Assembly: GCA_054661495.1 (NCBI GenBank)
Contig: BAAFSQ010000084.1
Location: 5,285 to 37,284 of the forward strand
Direction of reading: 5' to 3'
Length of the DNA: 32,000 nucleotides
DNA from: Zygophlyctis sp. KS116
Taxonomy: Eukaryota; Fungi; Chytridiomycota
Part shown: piece after piece, positions 11,301 through 21,530 of the stretch
Layout: every line of letters starts with the position of its first letter
How positions within the stretch are numbered: position 1 is the stretch's first letter
Translations under genes and position numbers: made by a program
Notes under the pieces: model-generated
Seen by the model: only the letters and a program-made list of their open reading frames with translations
What the model was told of the DNA's origin: nothing
The model's database searches: none

Positions 11301-11380
11301 CTACGTCATACCATACGTCAAAGAATACACGTCATACATACTACGCGTCAGTAAATATATTTCCGCATCTTACTACGTCA
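11301..11380 (+). promoter_or_regulatory. Cluster of five CRE/ATF-like half sites (CGTCA)
   Basis: ACGTCA at 11303, 11315, 11329, 11375 and GCGTCA at 11345, within about 90 bp of the ATG at 11395. Confidence 0.6.
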
Positions 11381-11394
11381 TATTTCTTAAAAAA

Positions 11395-14300
11395 ATGAAA
11401 TCTTTCATGTTTATATTTAAGTTAATTATTTATTATTCTTTCATCTTTCAACGATGTCAGTCTCAAGTCGTGATTTCATTGGTGGGATCAGACGCTGCCG
11501 GAAGAGCAGATGGGACTGGAACGCTAGCCAGATTTAATGGCGGCGGTAAAATCTCGATTGATAGTTATGGAAATTTCTTTATGTCTGATCAATTTAATAA
11601 CAATATAAGAAAAATTACGCCTTCAATGGTTGTTACTACTTTTGCTGGATCTAGCTCTGGTCTGTCAGGATATCTTGATGGCGATGCCACCTCGGCGAAA
11701 TTCAATTGGCCCGGTGGAACGGCATTTGATAAAGTTGGCAATCTTTATGTTGCTGATTATTCAAATAAAAAAATAAGAAAGATTACTGCTAGTGGTGTTG
11801 TCTCAACCTTTGCTTCAAATGTAGGCGGAGCGGATGGTATCGCTTTTGATAGTAATGGTGATCTCTTTGTCGCAGATTGGGACAATAATAAGATTCTAAA
11901 AGTTACTCCAGCTGGAATTGTTACTGTATTCGCTGGATCAGGTACTCTCGGATTTGCCGATGGAACTGCAAGTGCCGCAAAATTTAATCGGCCAGCTGAC
12001 ATTGTGGTGGATAGCTCGAACAATATTTATGTGGCAGAAGATGGCGGTAATATAATTCGTAAAATCACTCCTGCTGGTGCTGTCACTACTCTCGCTGGGT
12101 CTATTTTGGGCGCAGCAGGTTGGGTTGATACTAATGGAACTTTTGCCAAATTCAACCGCCCTTCGGGGATAGCTATTGATAATAGAGGAAATGTTTATGT
12201 TGGTGACTATAAAAACAATAGAGTGCGGATGATTTCGGCTTTTGGTGTTGTCTCTACTTTTGCCGGGTCTGGAGTATCAGCAAGTACAAATGGCATAGGA
12301 ACAGCAGCTAGTTTTAAAGGTCCCTGGTTTTTAACTTTTTCAAATGATTATAAATTTTTATATGTGACTGAATGGGATGGGAACAAAATTTCTAGAATTG
12401 AAATTTGTCAGCCAGGTTTTTATGGTGATTCATATACATTGACTTGCGCTTCATGCCCTGCCAATACATTCAATACTCTGACTGGCAGTACGAGTGTAAA
12501 TGCTTGTAGATCATGTCCTTCGGGATATACATCATCCGCAGGCACTACTTCCTGTACAGTCTGTCCGGCTGGAAGCTACGTGAATAGAGCTGGTAATTGT
12601 GTAGAATGTTCTGCAGGATCTTATGGTTCCTCTCCAGCATCCACTCGCTGTACTCTTTGTCCTGCTAATACATTTAACTCCCTGACTGGAAGTACAAATC
12701 CAAGTGTTTGCCTACCTTGCCTCGTTGGATCTTATTCTCCGCTAGGATCGTCTCAGTGCATGATTGATTGTAAAACTATAGGAACAACTACTGGGTCATG
12801 CAATGGTAAGTCTCGTACAACTACATTCTTTACTGCTGAAGCGACCAATGGTGGCTCTCAATGTACAGCACCGACTGAAATTGCGGCGCCTTGTGCCGAT
12901 TGTTTGACAACTTCAAGTACTGTTGGATCTTGTGATGGATCACTACGTGTAACTAGCTACTTTACTGCAGACGCTGTTAATGGAGGATCTGCATGTACCA
13001 ATCCTCTGGTTACAACTGATGCTTGTGCTAACTGCGGAATTACAAGCGCTGAAATTGGAACTTGTGATGGGTCTTCAAGAACCACTTCTTATTATTCATC
13101 GACTGCCTTCAATGGAGGATCATTATGTGATCACGACAGTGCTGTTACTGACGTATGTGGTGACTGTTTGACAACATCGTCTGAAATCGGAACATGTAAT
13201 GGATCTCAGAGAACTACTTCTTATCATACTACTGAAGCGGTTAATGGAGGAAAAGTCTGTGTTGCACCAACTGTTACTATAGATGCTTGCGGTGATTGCC
13301 GCACGACCTCAACATTGACCGAGGCTTGTAATGGAGAATCTCGAACCACTTCATACTTTACAACTTCAGAATTCAATGGTGGCGCTATCTGCACTAATGA
13401 TATCGTCTCTGTAGATGCATGTGGACATTGTAAGACAAACGCGATGGAAATTGGTGAATGTGATGGATCCAGCCGAACAACTTCCTATGGAGTTTCAATG
13501 GAATTCAACGGCGGTAAACCTTGCACTGCTCCCACCATTGATATAGATGCTTGTGCTAACTGCGCTACTACTGAGACTACCTCTGGAGTCTGTGATGGCG
13601 ATATGAGAACCACTACATTCTATACTTCATCTGAATTAAATGGAGGCACTATTTGTGCTCCAAGTACTACCTTAATTCAAGGTTGCGGAAACTGCAAGCC
13701 TACTTCCGTGGAACTAGGAGAATGTGATGGTACAAAGAGAACAACTAGCTACTTTACTCGTCCTCCTATCAACGGTGGAACATGCACTTTGCCCACTACT
13801 GTTGTTGAAAGTTGTTATGACTGCAAGACAACAAGCACTTCAATCGGATCTTGTGACGGTGTTTCTAGAACTACGCAGTATTTCATAGCAGAATCTCTAA
13901 ACGGGGGTGCTGTTTGTACTGGTCCAACAATGGTTGTAGAGGGATGCCAAAACTGTTCAGTGACTTCATCTAGTATTGGAACATGTGATGGAACATCTCG
14001 AACCACTACATTATTCACTTCTTCTGCATTCAATGGAGGAGCCAGCTGTACTATTGAACTTGAAACTTCAAACCCTTGTGCGGACTGCTCAACTACTAGC
14101 AGCTCAGTTGCACTATGCGTTAGTTCTTCACGAACGACTGTATACTTTACTACTGAATCTATCAATGGTGGATCTGCATGTACAGCCCCAACCGAGACTG
14201 TTGATTTCTGTGCTGATTGCCAGACCACTAGCACACAGTCAGCCACTTGCAATGGAACAAATAGAGTCACTACGTACTTCACGGCTTCTGCCATCAATGG

Positions 14301-15680
14301 AGGGGCCCAATGTAGCGATGATGTCACAGAGAAAACTGATCATTGTGCCGATTGTTTGACAACTTCAAGTACTGTTGGATCTTGTGATGGATCACTACGT
14401 GTAACTAGCTACTTTACTGCAGACGCTGTTAATGGAGGATCTGCATGTACCAATCCTCTGGTTACAACTGATGCTTGTGCTAACTGCGGAATTACAAGCG
14501 CTGAAATTGGAACTTGTGATGGGTCTTCAAGAACCACTTCTTATTATTCATCGACTGCCTTCAATGGAGGATCATTATGTGATCACGACAGTGCTGTTAC
14601 TAATGGATGTCATTTACCAACTGAAGCTCAGATAATATCTGAAACTTCTTCCAGTAGTATCTCGAAATCTTCTACGACAGTTGTGCCTGAAACAAATTCT
14701 ATCACTGTATCTGAAACTTCTTCCAGTAGTATCTCTGAATCTTCTACGACAGTTGTGCCTGAAACAACTTCTATCACTGTATCTGAAACTTCTTCCAGTA
14801 GTATCTCTGAATCTTCTACGACAATTGTGCCTGAAACAACTTCTATCACTGTATCTGAAACTACGACAATCGAAGCTCAGATAATATCTGGAACTTCTTC
14901 CAGTAGTATCTCGAAATCTTCTACGACAGTTGTGCCTGAAACAACTTCCAGTGCTTTATCTGAAACTATGTCAAGAGCTGTTCCCGAAATTACATCTACC
15001 GAATCTGTCAAGACAGCGATTACTTCTCAAAAGACATCTGATTGTGATGTAGTATTCTCGTTATGGGAAGGTTTTGGAAAACAATTGGATAGCAAAACAG
15101 AGTGTTGCTCAATGACTGGAATCACATGCTCTGGTGATAAAGTGATCAAAATGTAAGTTTATTATTATTTTAATATCAGTGATTGGAATAATATGGACCT
15201 TACTGGCCCAATTCCTGAATCTATTGGCTCGTTATCATCTCTACTTGAACTGTAAGAAACATTTAATCTGAAAATCTAGTAAATTATATTCAAACTTCTT
15301 ATCTGGTTCTATCCCAGTCTCTATAGGAAATTTGATTTCACTTACAGAAATCAATCTCTCTGCTAATGATTTGACTGGCCCCATTCCGGATTCAATTGGA
15401 AATTTGAGCCAGCTTAAAGAATTGTAAGAAATTTTTAAATTAATAATGTAGACATCTCGGCTATAACTCCATAACCTCTGTTCCTAGTACTATTGGAAAA
15501 TGTACCAACCTAGAAATCCTAGTTCTATGGTATTCAAAATTACAGGAACCACTCCCATCATCAATTTCAAATCTACCATATCTTAAAATAAGCTTGGAAA
15601 TGGGAGAACAACTAACACAGTCGAATGCAGGAATCAAAATTTATCGACGACTCTTACTTCAAGGTCGAACAATTCGATGA
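11395..15680 (+). CDS. Large secreted mosaic protein: signal peptide - NHL beta-propeller - Cys-rich GCC2/TNFR-like repeats - 14x 44-aa TSP1-like repeats - Ser/Thr stalk - LRR cap and plant-type LRRs
   Basis: 1253-aa first-exon ORF extended by phase-2 introns 15153-15179, 15252-15279, 15424-15451. These give [67 protein letters not shown], etc.; stop TGA 15678-15680. Confidence 0.88.
12766..14613 (+). repeat. 14 tandem ~132-bp (44-aa) coding repeats
   Basis: Consensus [DN]C-x9-C[DN]G-x2-R[TV]T-x-[YF]-x6-NGG-x2-C-x9-C; units 2-3 are copied identically as units 13-14. Confidence 0.92.
14623..14950 (+). repeat. ~72-bp Ser/Thr-rich (mucin-like) coding tandem repeat
   Basis: SETSSSSIS[KE]SSTT[VI]VPET[NT]SITV, three full copies plus a partial one, nearly identical at DNA level. 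Confidence 0.9.
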
Positions 15681-15807
15681 ACGATTTTTTAGAAGATTCT
15701 TTATTAAAATATAAAGTTTGAATTTTCGAATTTCCTAAAATTACTTTGAGCTCTATAAAATCCCAATCTATCAGACTTGTACCAAACCCTTACGTAATTG
15801 CGTCTCT

Positions 15808-16728
15808 ATGCGTTTACGAACTAAACTGGTCTCTGCGGGAATCCTAACAAGTACATGAATTCCGCTTACAATAGAAATACTAAGCTGCATTGATAAAAGC
15901 AAGAGTGCCCTGTTTAAATTTACACCTGAATCCTTGACTATTTCTAGTGGATGTGGCACCATTTGGGCAACGATAAACACTGTAATTTGAAAATAATGTA
16001 ATGGTAGAATCTAATGTTTGATCATTATCTTGTAGAATCCATGTCGGACAATCAGTATTTTTTGTATTTAAAGTTAGGATTTTCCTAGAAATTGATTGTA
16101 ACGATTTGTTATCTTCCTTTACAAATCAAGCGTATGATATCTGGTTAAAATTAACAAAACGAAATAATCAGGCAGTTTTAACAATTACAATGATTGATCA
16201 GGTAAATATTATGGATTAATTCCTTGTCAAAAATATCTATACATTTATCTCATGATATACCAGTAAGAGTTGTGCCACCAAACCTTGGAATGGAGTATTC
16301 ACCTAGAGTCTTTGAAATTCCTGAATTTGAATTTAAATCCTTAAAATTGGTTAAAATTTGGAATTCTAGTCTACTAAAACTCTTTAAAAACTCCAACTTT
16401 TTGAAAATATCTGGAAATTCAACATGTTTAAAGTTATCTTTGGAATCTACTCAATTGAATTTAGAATTTATTCTTAAATCTAATTCAACCAATGCATTAG
16501 ATTCTGAATTTAACACTAGTGCAATTATAGATACTAGGACATTTCTAAAGTTTACAACTTGTTTTATTACAACTCCACTGTCAATTACAACATGTAACTA
16601 TAAAATTTAATTTTACAGGTATATACACTGAAAAAGTAGTATTTAAAGTGGAAATAGGAAATAATTACGCATCTGGAATACTACCCTGTGCATCTTTATT
16701 ATATATTTGCCCTTGTAAAACAGTCTAA
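15808..16728 (+). CDS. HUS1: HUS1/Mec3 subunit of the 9-1-1 checkpoint clamp (6 exons; mostly absent from the ORF track)
   Basis: Spliced product MRLRTKL..KILSCIDKSKSALFKFTPE..IWATI..FDHYLVES..NQIFLEID..IWLKLTKR..LSHDIPVRV..LLYICP follows the Hus1 pattern. Introns 15851-15874, 15982-16007, 16055-16077, 16202-16226 (GT-TG), 16594-16618. Confidence 0.8.
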
Positions 16729-17294
16729 TCTTCCATATCAAAATCATCATCTTCAACCTGAATTTTCCTAGTATTTGGAATTGTAGACATTCCTGGCATT
16801 CCTGGAATTGTAGGCATTCCAGAGATTGCAAAAGTATTTTGATTTATAGAGTTTTCCAACTCTTGTACAGTTGAATTACTCTTTTTAATAATTTTAACTT
16901 GTGGTGCAGTTAATGTTAGTCTTTCAGCAGGTAATCGTAGTCCGAATTTCTCTGGAATTTGTGGTAATGGAATAGAATTCTTTTTTTGCGCCAATTCTAG
17001 CAAAAACTAGATTTTAAAAAGATTAAATTATACATCTTTAGAAGGAGGAGAAGTAAAAGACGATGACAATTTCCCTTGTAAAGCCAATTTACAATCATCA
17101 AGAGAAACATCTTTTCTATCAGCATGTTCAGCATACAAAAAAGCATCTTCCAAGATTTGTGTGATATGACCATGACCCAATTCCAACAATTGATGAATAA
17201 CAAGCGGATCATAGTCTGACACTCCCAAAGATTCTAGTAAAAGACTAGTGAGTTTTGCATCTCTTGGAAGACTCGACGGATCTTGAGAAATCAT
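16725..17294 (-). CDS. TAF9: TFIID/SAGA subunit TAF9
   Basis: PRDAKL..LLESLGV..YDP.VIHQLLE, histone fold, SFTSPPSKD|FLLELAQKKNSIPLP..GLRLP. 27-nt intron 17007-17033. Confidence 0.93.
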
Positions 17295-17372
17295 AGTCTC
17301 CTGAATCTACACCCCCTCCTACTCGTGATACGCCTGAGAGATTTGAGAAATATTTGAGAAATATTTTACAAA

Positions 17373-17653
17373 ATGTTTAGAAAATTAGTGCAAAGAAATT
17401 TTAGTCTACTTCCAGGAGAATCTAAAATTACTCTAAAATTACAGGAAAAGTTATCACCTACTCTTCTCTCTGTAAAAGACGTTTCTGGTAATAAAAATTA
17501 ATAATTATAGGAGGTTGTGGATCAATGTATTCAATTGAAATTTCTTCAGACTCTTTCAAGAATTTATCTTTAATCCAAAAACATCGTCTAGTCCAAGATA
17601 CTCTAAAATCTGATATTAAAGAGATGCATGGTATACAAATAAAAATTGTTTAA
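17373..17653 (+). CDS. BOLA3: Mitochondrial BolA3/Aim1 family protein (not in the ORF track)
   Basis: MFRKLVQRNFS presequence-like start, VKDVSG|GCGSMYSIEI, F..LSLIQKHRLV, IKEMHGIQI. 23-nt intron 17488-17510. Confidence 0.88.
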
Positions 17654-18228
17654 GATTTTGTCCATATTTGATATTCAAAATTAATAGAATCTTGAACTTG
17701 AAGGTTGGAAATTTCTTTTGGAAATATTGGGAATAGAGTTTCTTGTGTCTCTTTTCTAGATAATTTAGTCCATAAAGTTTCATTCCATCCTTTATAAAAT
17801 GTATCACACTCTAGATTTACAAATATTCTTGTAATAAATAATTTACTACACATTTCAAGTGTTTGAGAGTAGATACTAGCTCCACCAATGATAAATACAC
17901 TAGAATGATTAATGGTTGATAGTAATTCCAATGTACAAGTTAAATCAGAACAAGTAAAACAATTTTCTAAAGATATTGACAAGGTTGAAGAGATGATAAT
18001 ATTAATTCTGTTTTTTAAAGGTCGGTTTTTGACTGGTAGAGATTCCCAAGTTCTTCTTCCCATTATAACAACATTTGGAGGATCATGTTTTGGATCTAAA
18101 CGACCGTATTTTGTAGTAATTTTAGAGAAATAAATTAATTCAGATTTTAAGGACCAAGGGAGGTCTCCATTTACTCCAATTCCTTTTGACTCTGTCATGG
18201 CAACGATTTGATACATGTTTGTAGTCAT
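17650..18228 (-). CDS. DFR1: Dihydrofolate reductase
   Basis: GIGVNGDLPW, NVVIMGRRTWESLP, RPLKNRINIIIS, FIIGGASIY, ECDTF; intronless. Confidence 0.95.
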   Translation of the reverse strand: MTTNMYQIVAMTESKGIGVNGDLPWSLKSELIYFSKITTKYGRLDPKHDPPNVVIMGRRTWESLPVKNRPLKNRINIIISSTLSISLENCFTCSDLTCTLELLSTINHSSVFIIGGASIYSQTLEMCSKLFITRIFVNLECDTFYKGWNETLWTKLSRKETQETLFPIFPKEISNLQVQDSINFEYQIWTKS

Positions 18229-18379
18229 TACGATTTAAAAGAATTTTAAACAATTTCCTTGACACTTTATTGAGTACTTGCAATATTTTCTATTTTATCA
18301 AAGATTTCCTATCTACTAGTACACAGATTCTAGATTCTAGATTCAATATTATAGATTCTGGTCAGGTATCAGTCAGTTA

Positions 18380-19491
18380 TCAGGAGTATTCTACTCGATG
18401 TTCATGCTCGTAATCATTCCATAATTCTTGTAATTCTTGAATTGCCTTGTTTCTTTCCAGAGATTCATTTAAATCTATTCCAGAGTTGTTGACTTGGTTT
18501 GTACAAGTTTCTTGTTTTTTGTCTTTCAAATATTCTGGTTTAGAGGTAGTCTTTAAAAGTGGTAAACAAACTGATTTAGATCCTGCAGGCCATGATCGTT
18601 TTCCTAGAGAGGGTGGAGTTGTTAAATCTGTTGAACGAACAGGGAATTTTTGTAGAATTTTGAGTGGTTTTCGGACATTTCTATCTTGAGTCTTTAAAAG
18701 TACTTGAGGATTTTTAACTGATAATGATCCTGTTTTTGAACTTGAAAATGATAATTGGGAAGTACGGCCTATTAAATTTGAAAATTTTGAAATTGAAGGT
18801 AGTAGTTCCAATTTTGGAGGAGTTTTCGGACAAAAATATTTTAGTTTTGGAAGTTTACTTTCACGTATAGTGGTTTTAGAGGTTTTAGAAGTTCTAGAGG
18901 CTGTAGAAGTAAGAGTTGGTTTTGAAGATTTAGGAGGAGTTGGATTTCTTTTTTCTTGATTTTCAAATCGACCAATTTCTAAAAGTTCAAGATGTCTTTC
19001 TAATTCTTTTTCTTTTGCAATACGATCCTTTTTTTCTTGTATTTGTTTTTCAAGTGCTAATTTCCATTCCATATTTGCAGATTCTTTTAAACTTGTATTA
19101 GACTCTTCAAAAAATGCTCTTGTCCGATGATAATTTGGTTCTTTTGTTTGAACTGCTCCAGAAAAAGGAATCCGCTCCTTCTTTTTTCTAAATATTAATA
19201 ATCTTGCATATACTCTTTTTCTACTTGCACTCTTGGTAAACAAGCATGTTCTAATTTTATAATATCATTTAGCGGTCTTCTTCTTCCTCCAAACTCTTTA
19301 AACTCTTTTGGCTGATCCATGAGTGAATTATCTGTAGAAATATATGCCATTGCCTCTAATTTTTCCAATTCTCTTCTTTCCTGAATCTGTCTTTTCTGAA
19401 TTTCTAAATTATCAATCATGTAATTAATACCAAGTTCCTGTAACCACTCTTTACGATTTGCAGATTGTGATCTTTTAACTATTCTAACCAT
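18380..19491 (-). CDS. Hypothetical coiled-coil, low-complexity basic protein (possibly CCDC66/CSPP1-like segment)
   Basis: 26-nt intron 19188-19213 joins the two ORFs in frame. WKLALEKQIQEKKDRIAKEKELE resembles ciliary/centrosomal coiled-coil motifs (weak inference). Confidence 0.6.
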
Positions 19492-19692
19492 TTCCGGAAG
19501 TTTGGACTGACGTTGTGTTTTTTAACTTCCGTGATTGGTCAGATTACTTAATGGTGAACAATTTTATTATTTATAATGTCAAGACTAACTCAAAAAACTC
19601 TCAAAAACTCTCAAATACTCTTAAAAACATATCTGAAAAAACTGATGATCGTGTAAGGGCTGAAATTTATCTTTTTTTCTGTGTTGACAAAG

Positions 19693-20334
19693 ATGCGGGT
19701 CAAAGATCTGATCCAATCCCATGAATCACTAGATCTTCTCAATCATCAGAGACTAGTGCCAATGGAACCTGTCTTTCGCAACTCTCTACCGACTCCACCG
19801 CCCAAAATATTTACAACAAAAATAGACTCTGTGATTGAATTTAAAAGTGATTCAAGATGGGAAATGTTGTTGCATTGCTCTCCAAAAGTCTCAAATATAG
19901 ATCTGAATTCAAAGGATGGATCAGACTCTGAATCACCAACTACTTTGTTTAATAAAACATTTAAATGCCCTCATGCAGAATGGTAAATTATGAAATTTAA
20001 AATGTATAGTGGCAAAATATTTACACGAGCACAAAATCTAAATTCACATCTCTCTGTACATTCAGGAGAAAGACCTTATGTTTGTAGTTATGAGGGATGT
20101 CAGGGGAAATTTAGAAGAAAGCAGGATCTTTTTAGACATACGAGATCTATTCATATGCCATTTTCTTCAAGACCGTATGAATGTCCCTCTGAAGGATGTT
20201 TAATGAGGTTTGCTAGAGCTGATGGATTAAATGCACATGTAAAGAAATGTGGAAGTAGTTCCAGTCTAAGATCTAATAGGAAAAAGAAATCTGCATATGC
20301 GGGAACATCATTTGGTAAAGTACTCGAAGAATAA
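19693..20334 (+). CDS. C2H2 zinc-finger transcription factor (3 fingers)
   Basis: FKCPHAEC|GKIF..H...HSGERPYVC..C..F..H....H..RPYECP..C..F..H. 27-nt intron 19983-20009. Confidence 0.9.
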
Positions 20335-20356
20335 TAGTTTTTTTTAATTTTCTATT

Positions 20357-21430
20357 CTATTTCATAAAAGAATGAGGCTCATTAGGGTAAGTTGGTCCAT
20401 CTCGTTGAATGACTTGACAAGCCACATAATTACCTGCTGCTACACATTTTTCAATTGGAGAATTCAACAAATATTGAGATAAAAATCCTCCAGTAAATGC
20501 ATCTCCTGCACCAGTTGTATCAACTATTTTCTCTTTAGCAAGAGGAATAATTGGAAAACTAGAAATTTTACCTCCAGTCGCAACTATAGTCTCCTTTGAT
20601 CCTTGCGTAAAAACAACAATTCTTTTAATCGAAGAATTTAATTTGGGTAATTCTGATACTTTTAATGCAATCTCTTTTAAATCTTGTGTTTCTAAATCCA
20701 AAGATTTTGCAAAAGCCAAGGCTTCAGTCTCATTTCCTAGTAAATTTAGTCGTGATTTAAATACCAAATAAAACATCAGTAAAAGGTAATAATGCCATTA
20801 ATGGATCCTTAAAAAACTGAGGAATAAAGGGTGCAGATAGATTAAGAGTAAAAGGTTTTCCTTTTTCTAAAGCATGTTCAGCAATCATCATTGCAGATGG
20901 AGGAGACACTGTCAAAAAATATCCTCCTACATAGAAACAAGTAGCCTTTTCAACAAGACTCCAAATCTTTGGTGTCTTTAAATGATCAATTTTATAAGCA
21001 TTTGCTGCTAATAAATCAGTCACCATTGATCGATCATTATTAGTAATCAAGACTGCACAAAGACCAGTAGGCAAGGTATCATCAACCATGTATTCTGTTA
21101 AAAGACCATCTTTTGCAGCAACTTCACCTATGTATTAATATATTGTACAATACGCAGCTTATTTGCATTTTCATCTTTTCCGACAGATCCAACATACACT
21201 GTTGAATTAGGAGGAAGAAGCCATTGCGCTCCACGGCAGGTATTTTGAGCAGCTCCTCCAGCGATATATTGGACTGGATAATCACTCATAAGTTCCTTGA
21301 ATAGGTTCTTATGCTCATCAGCGGCCAAGATCGCATCGTTTGCTTTCAGTCCATATTTCTCAAGTAATTCTGGCTTAACAACGGCCGAAATGTCTAAAAG
21401 TGGATTTTCTATCCCAAACAAAAGTGGCAT
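20357..21430 (-). CDS. ADO1: Adenosine kinase (PfkB family)
   Basis: ENPLLDISA, AGGAAQN, NLSAPFI, FG|NETEA, VFTQG, DTTGAGDAFTGGF. Introns 21128-21153 and 20737-20764. Confidence 0.95.
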
Positions 21431-21530
21431 TTTTATGATTCAGCCCTCTTAGCCTCAGTTCCTACTCTTAAACTTTTATATACGATCAAAACTATTCGTT
21501 TATTCTAAACTATAATCACTATAGATATTA

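Noticed and set aside
15771-15980. Minus-strand 69-aa ORF, and similar shadow ORFs (1098-1328, 6322-6609, 7615-7950, 11757-12023, 13815-14327, 24131-24394, 27964-28215)
   Set aside because: They are antisense or off-frame to well-supported genes and have no motifs.
16202-16226. U12 (minor spliceosome) intron, because TTCCTT resembles the U12 branch site
   Set aside because: The 5' end is GTAAAT rather than RTATCCTT, the CCTTRAC core is incomplete, and no in-frame AG follows at a suitable distance.
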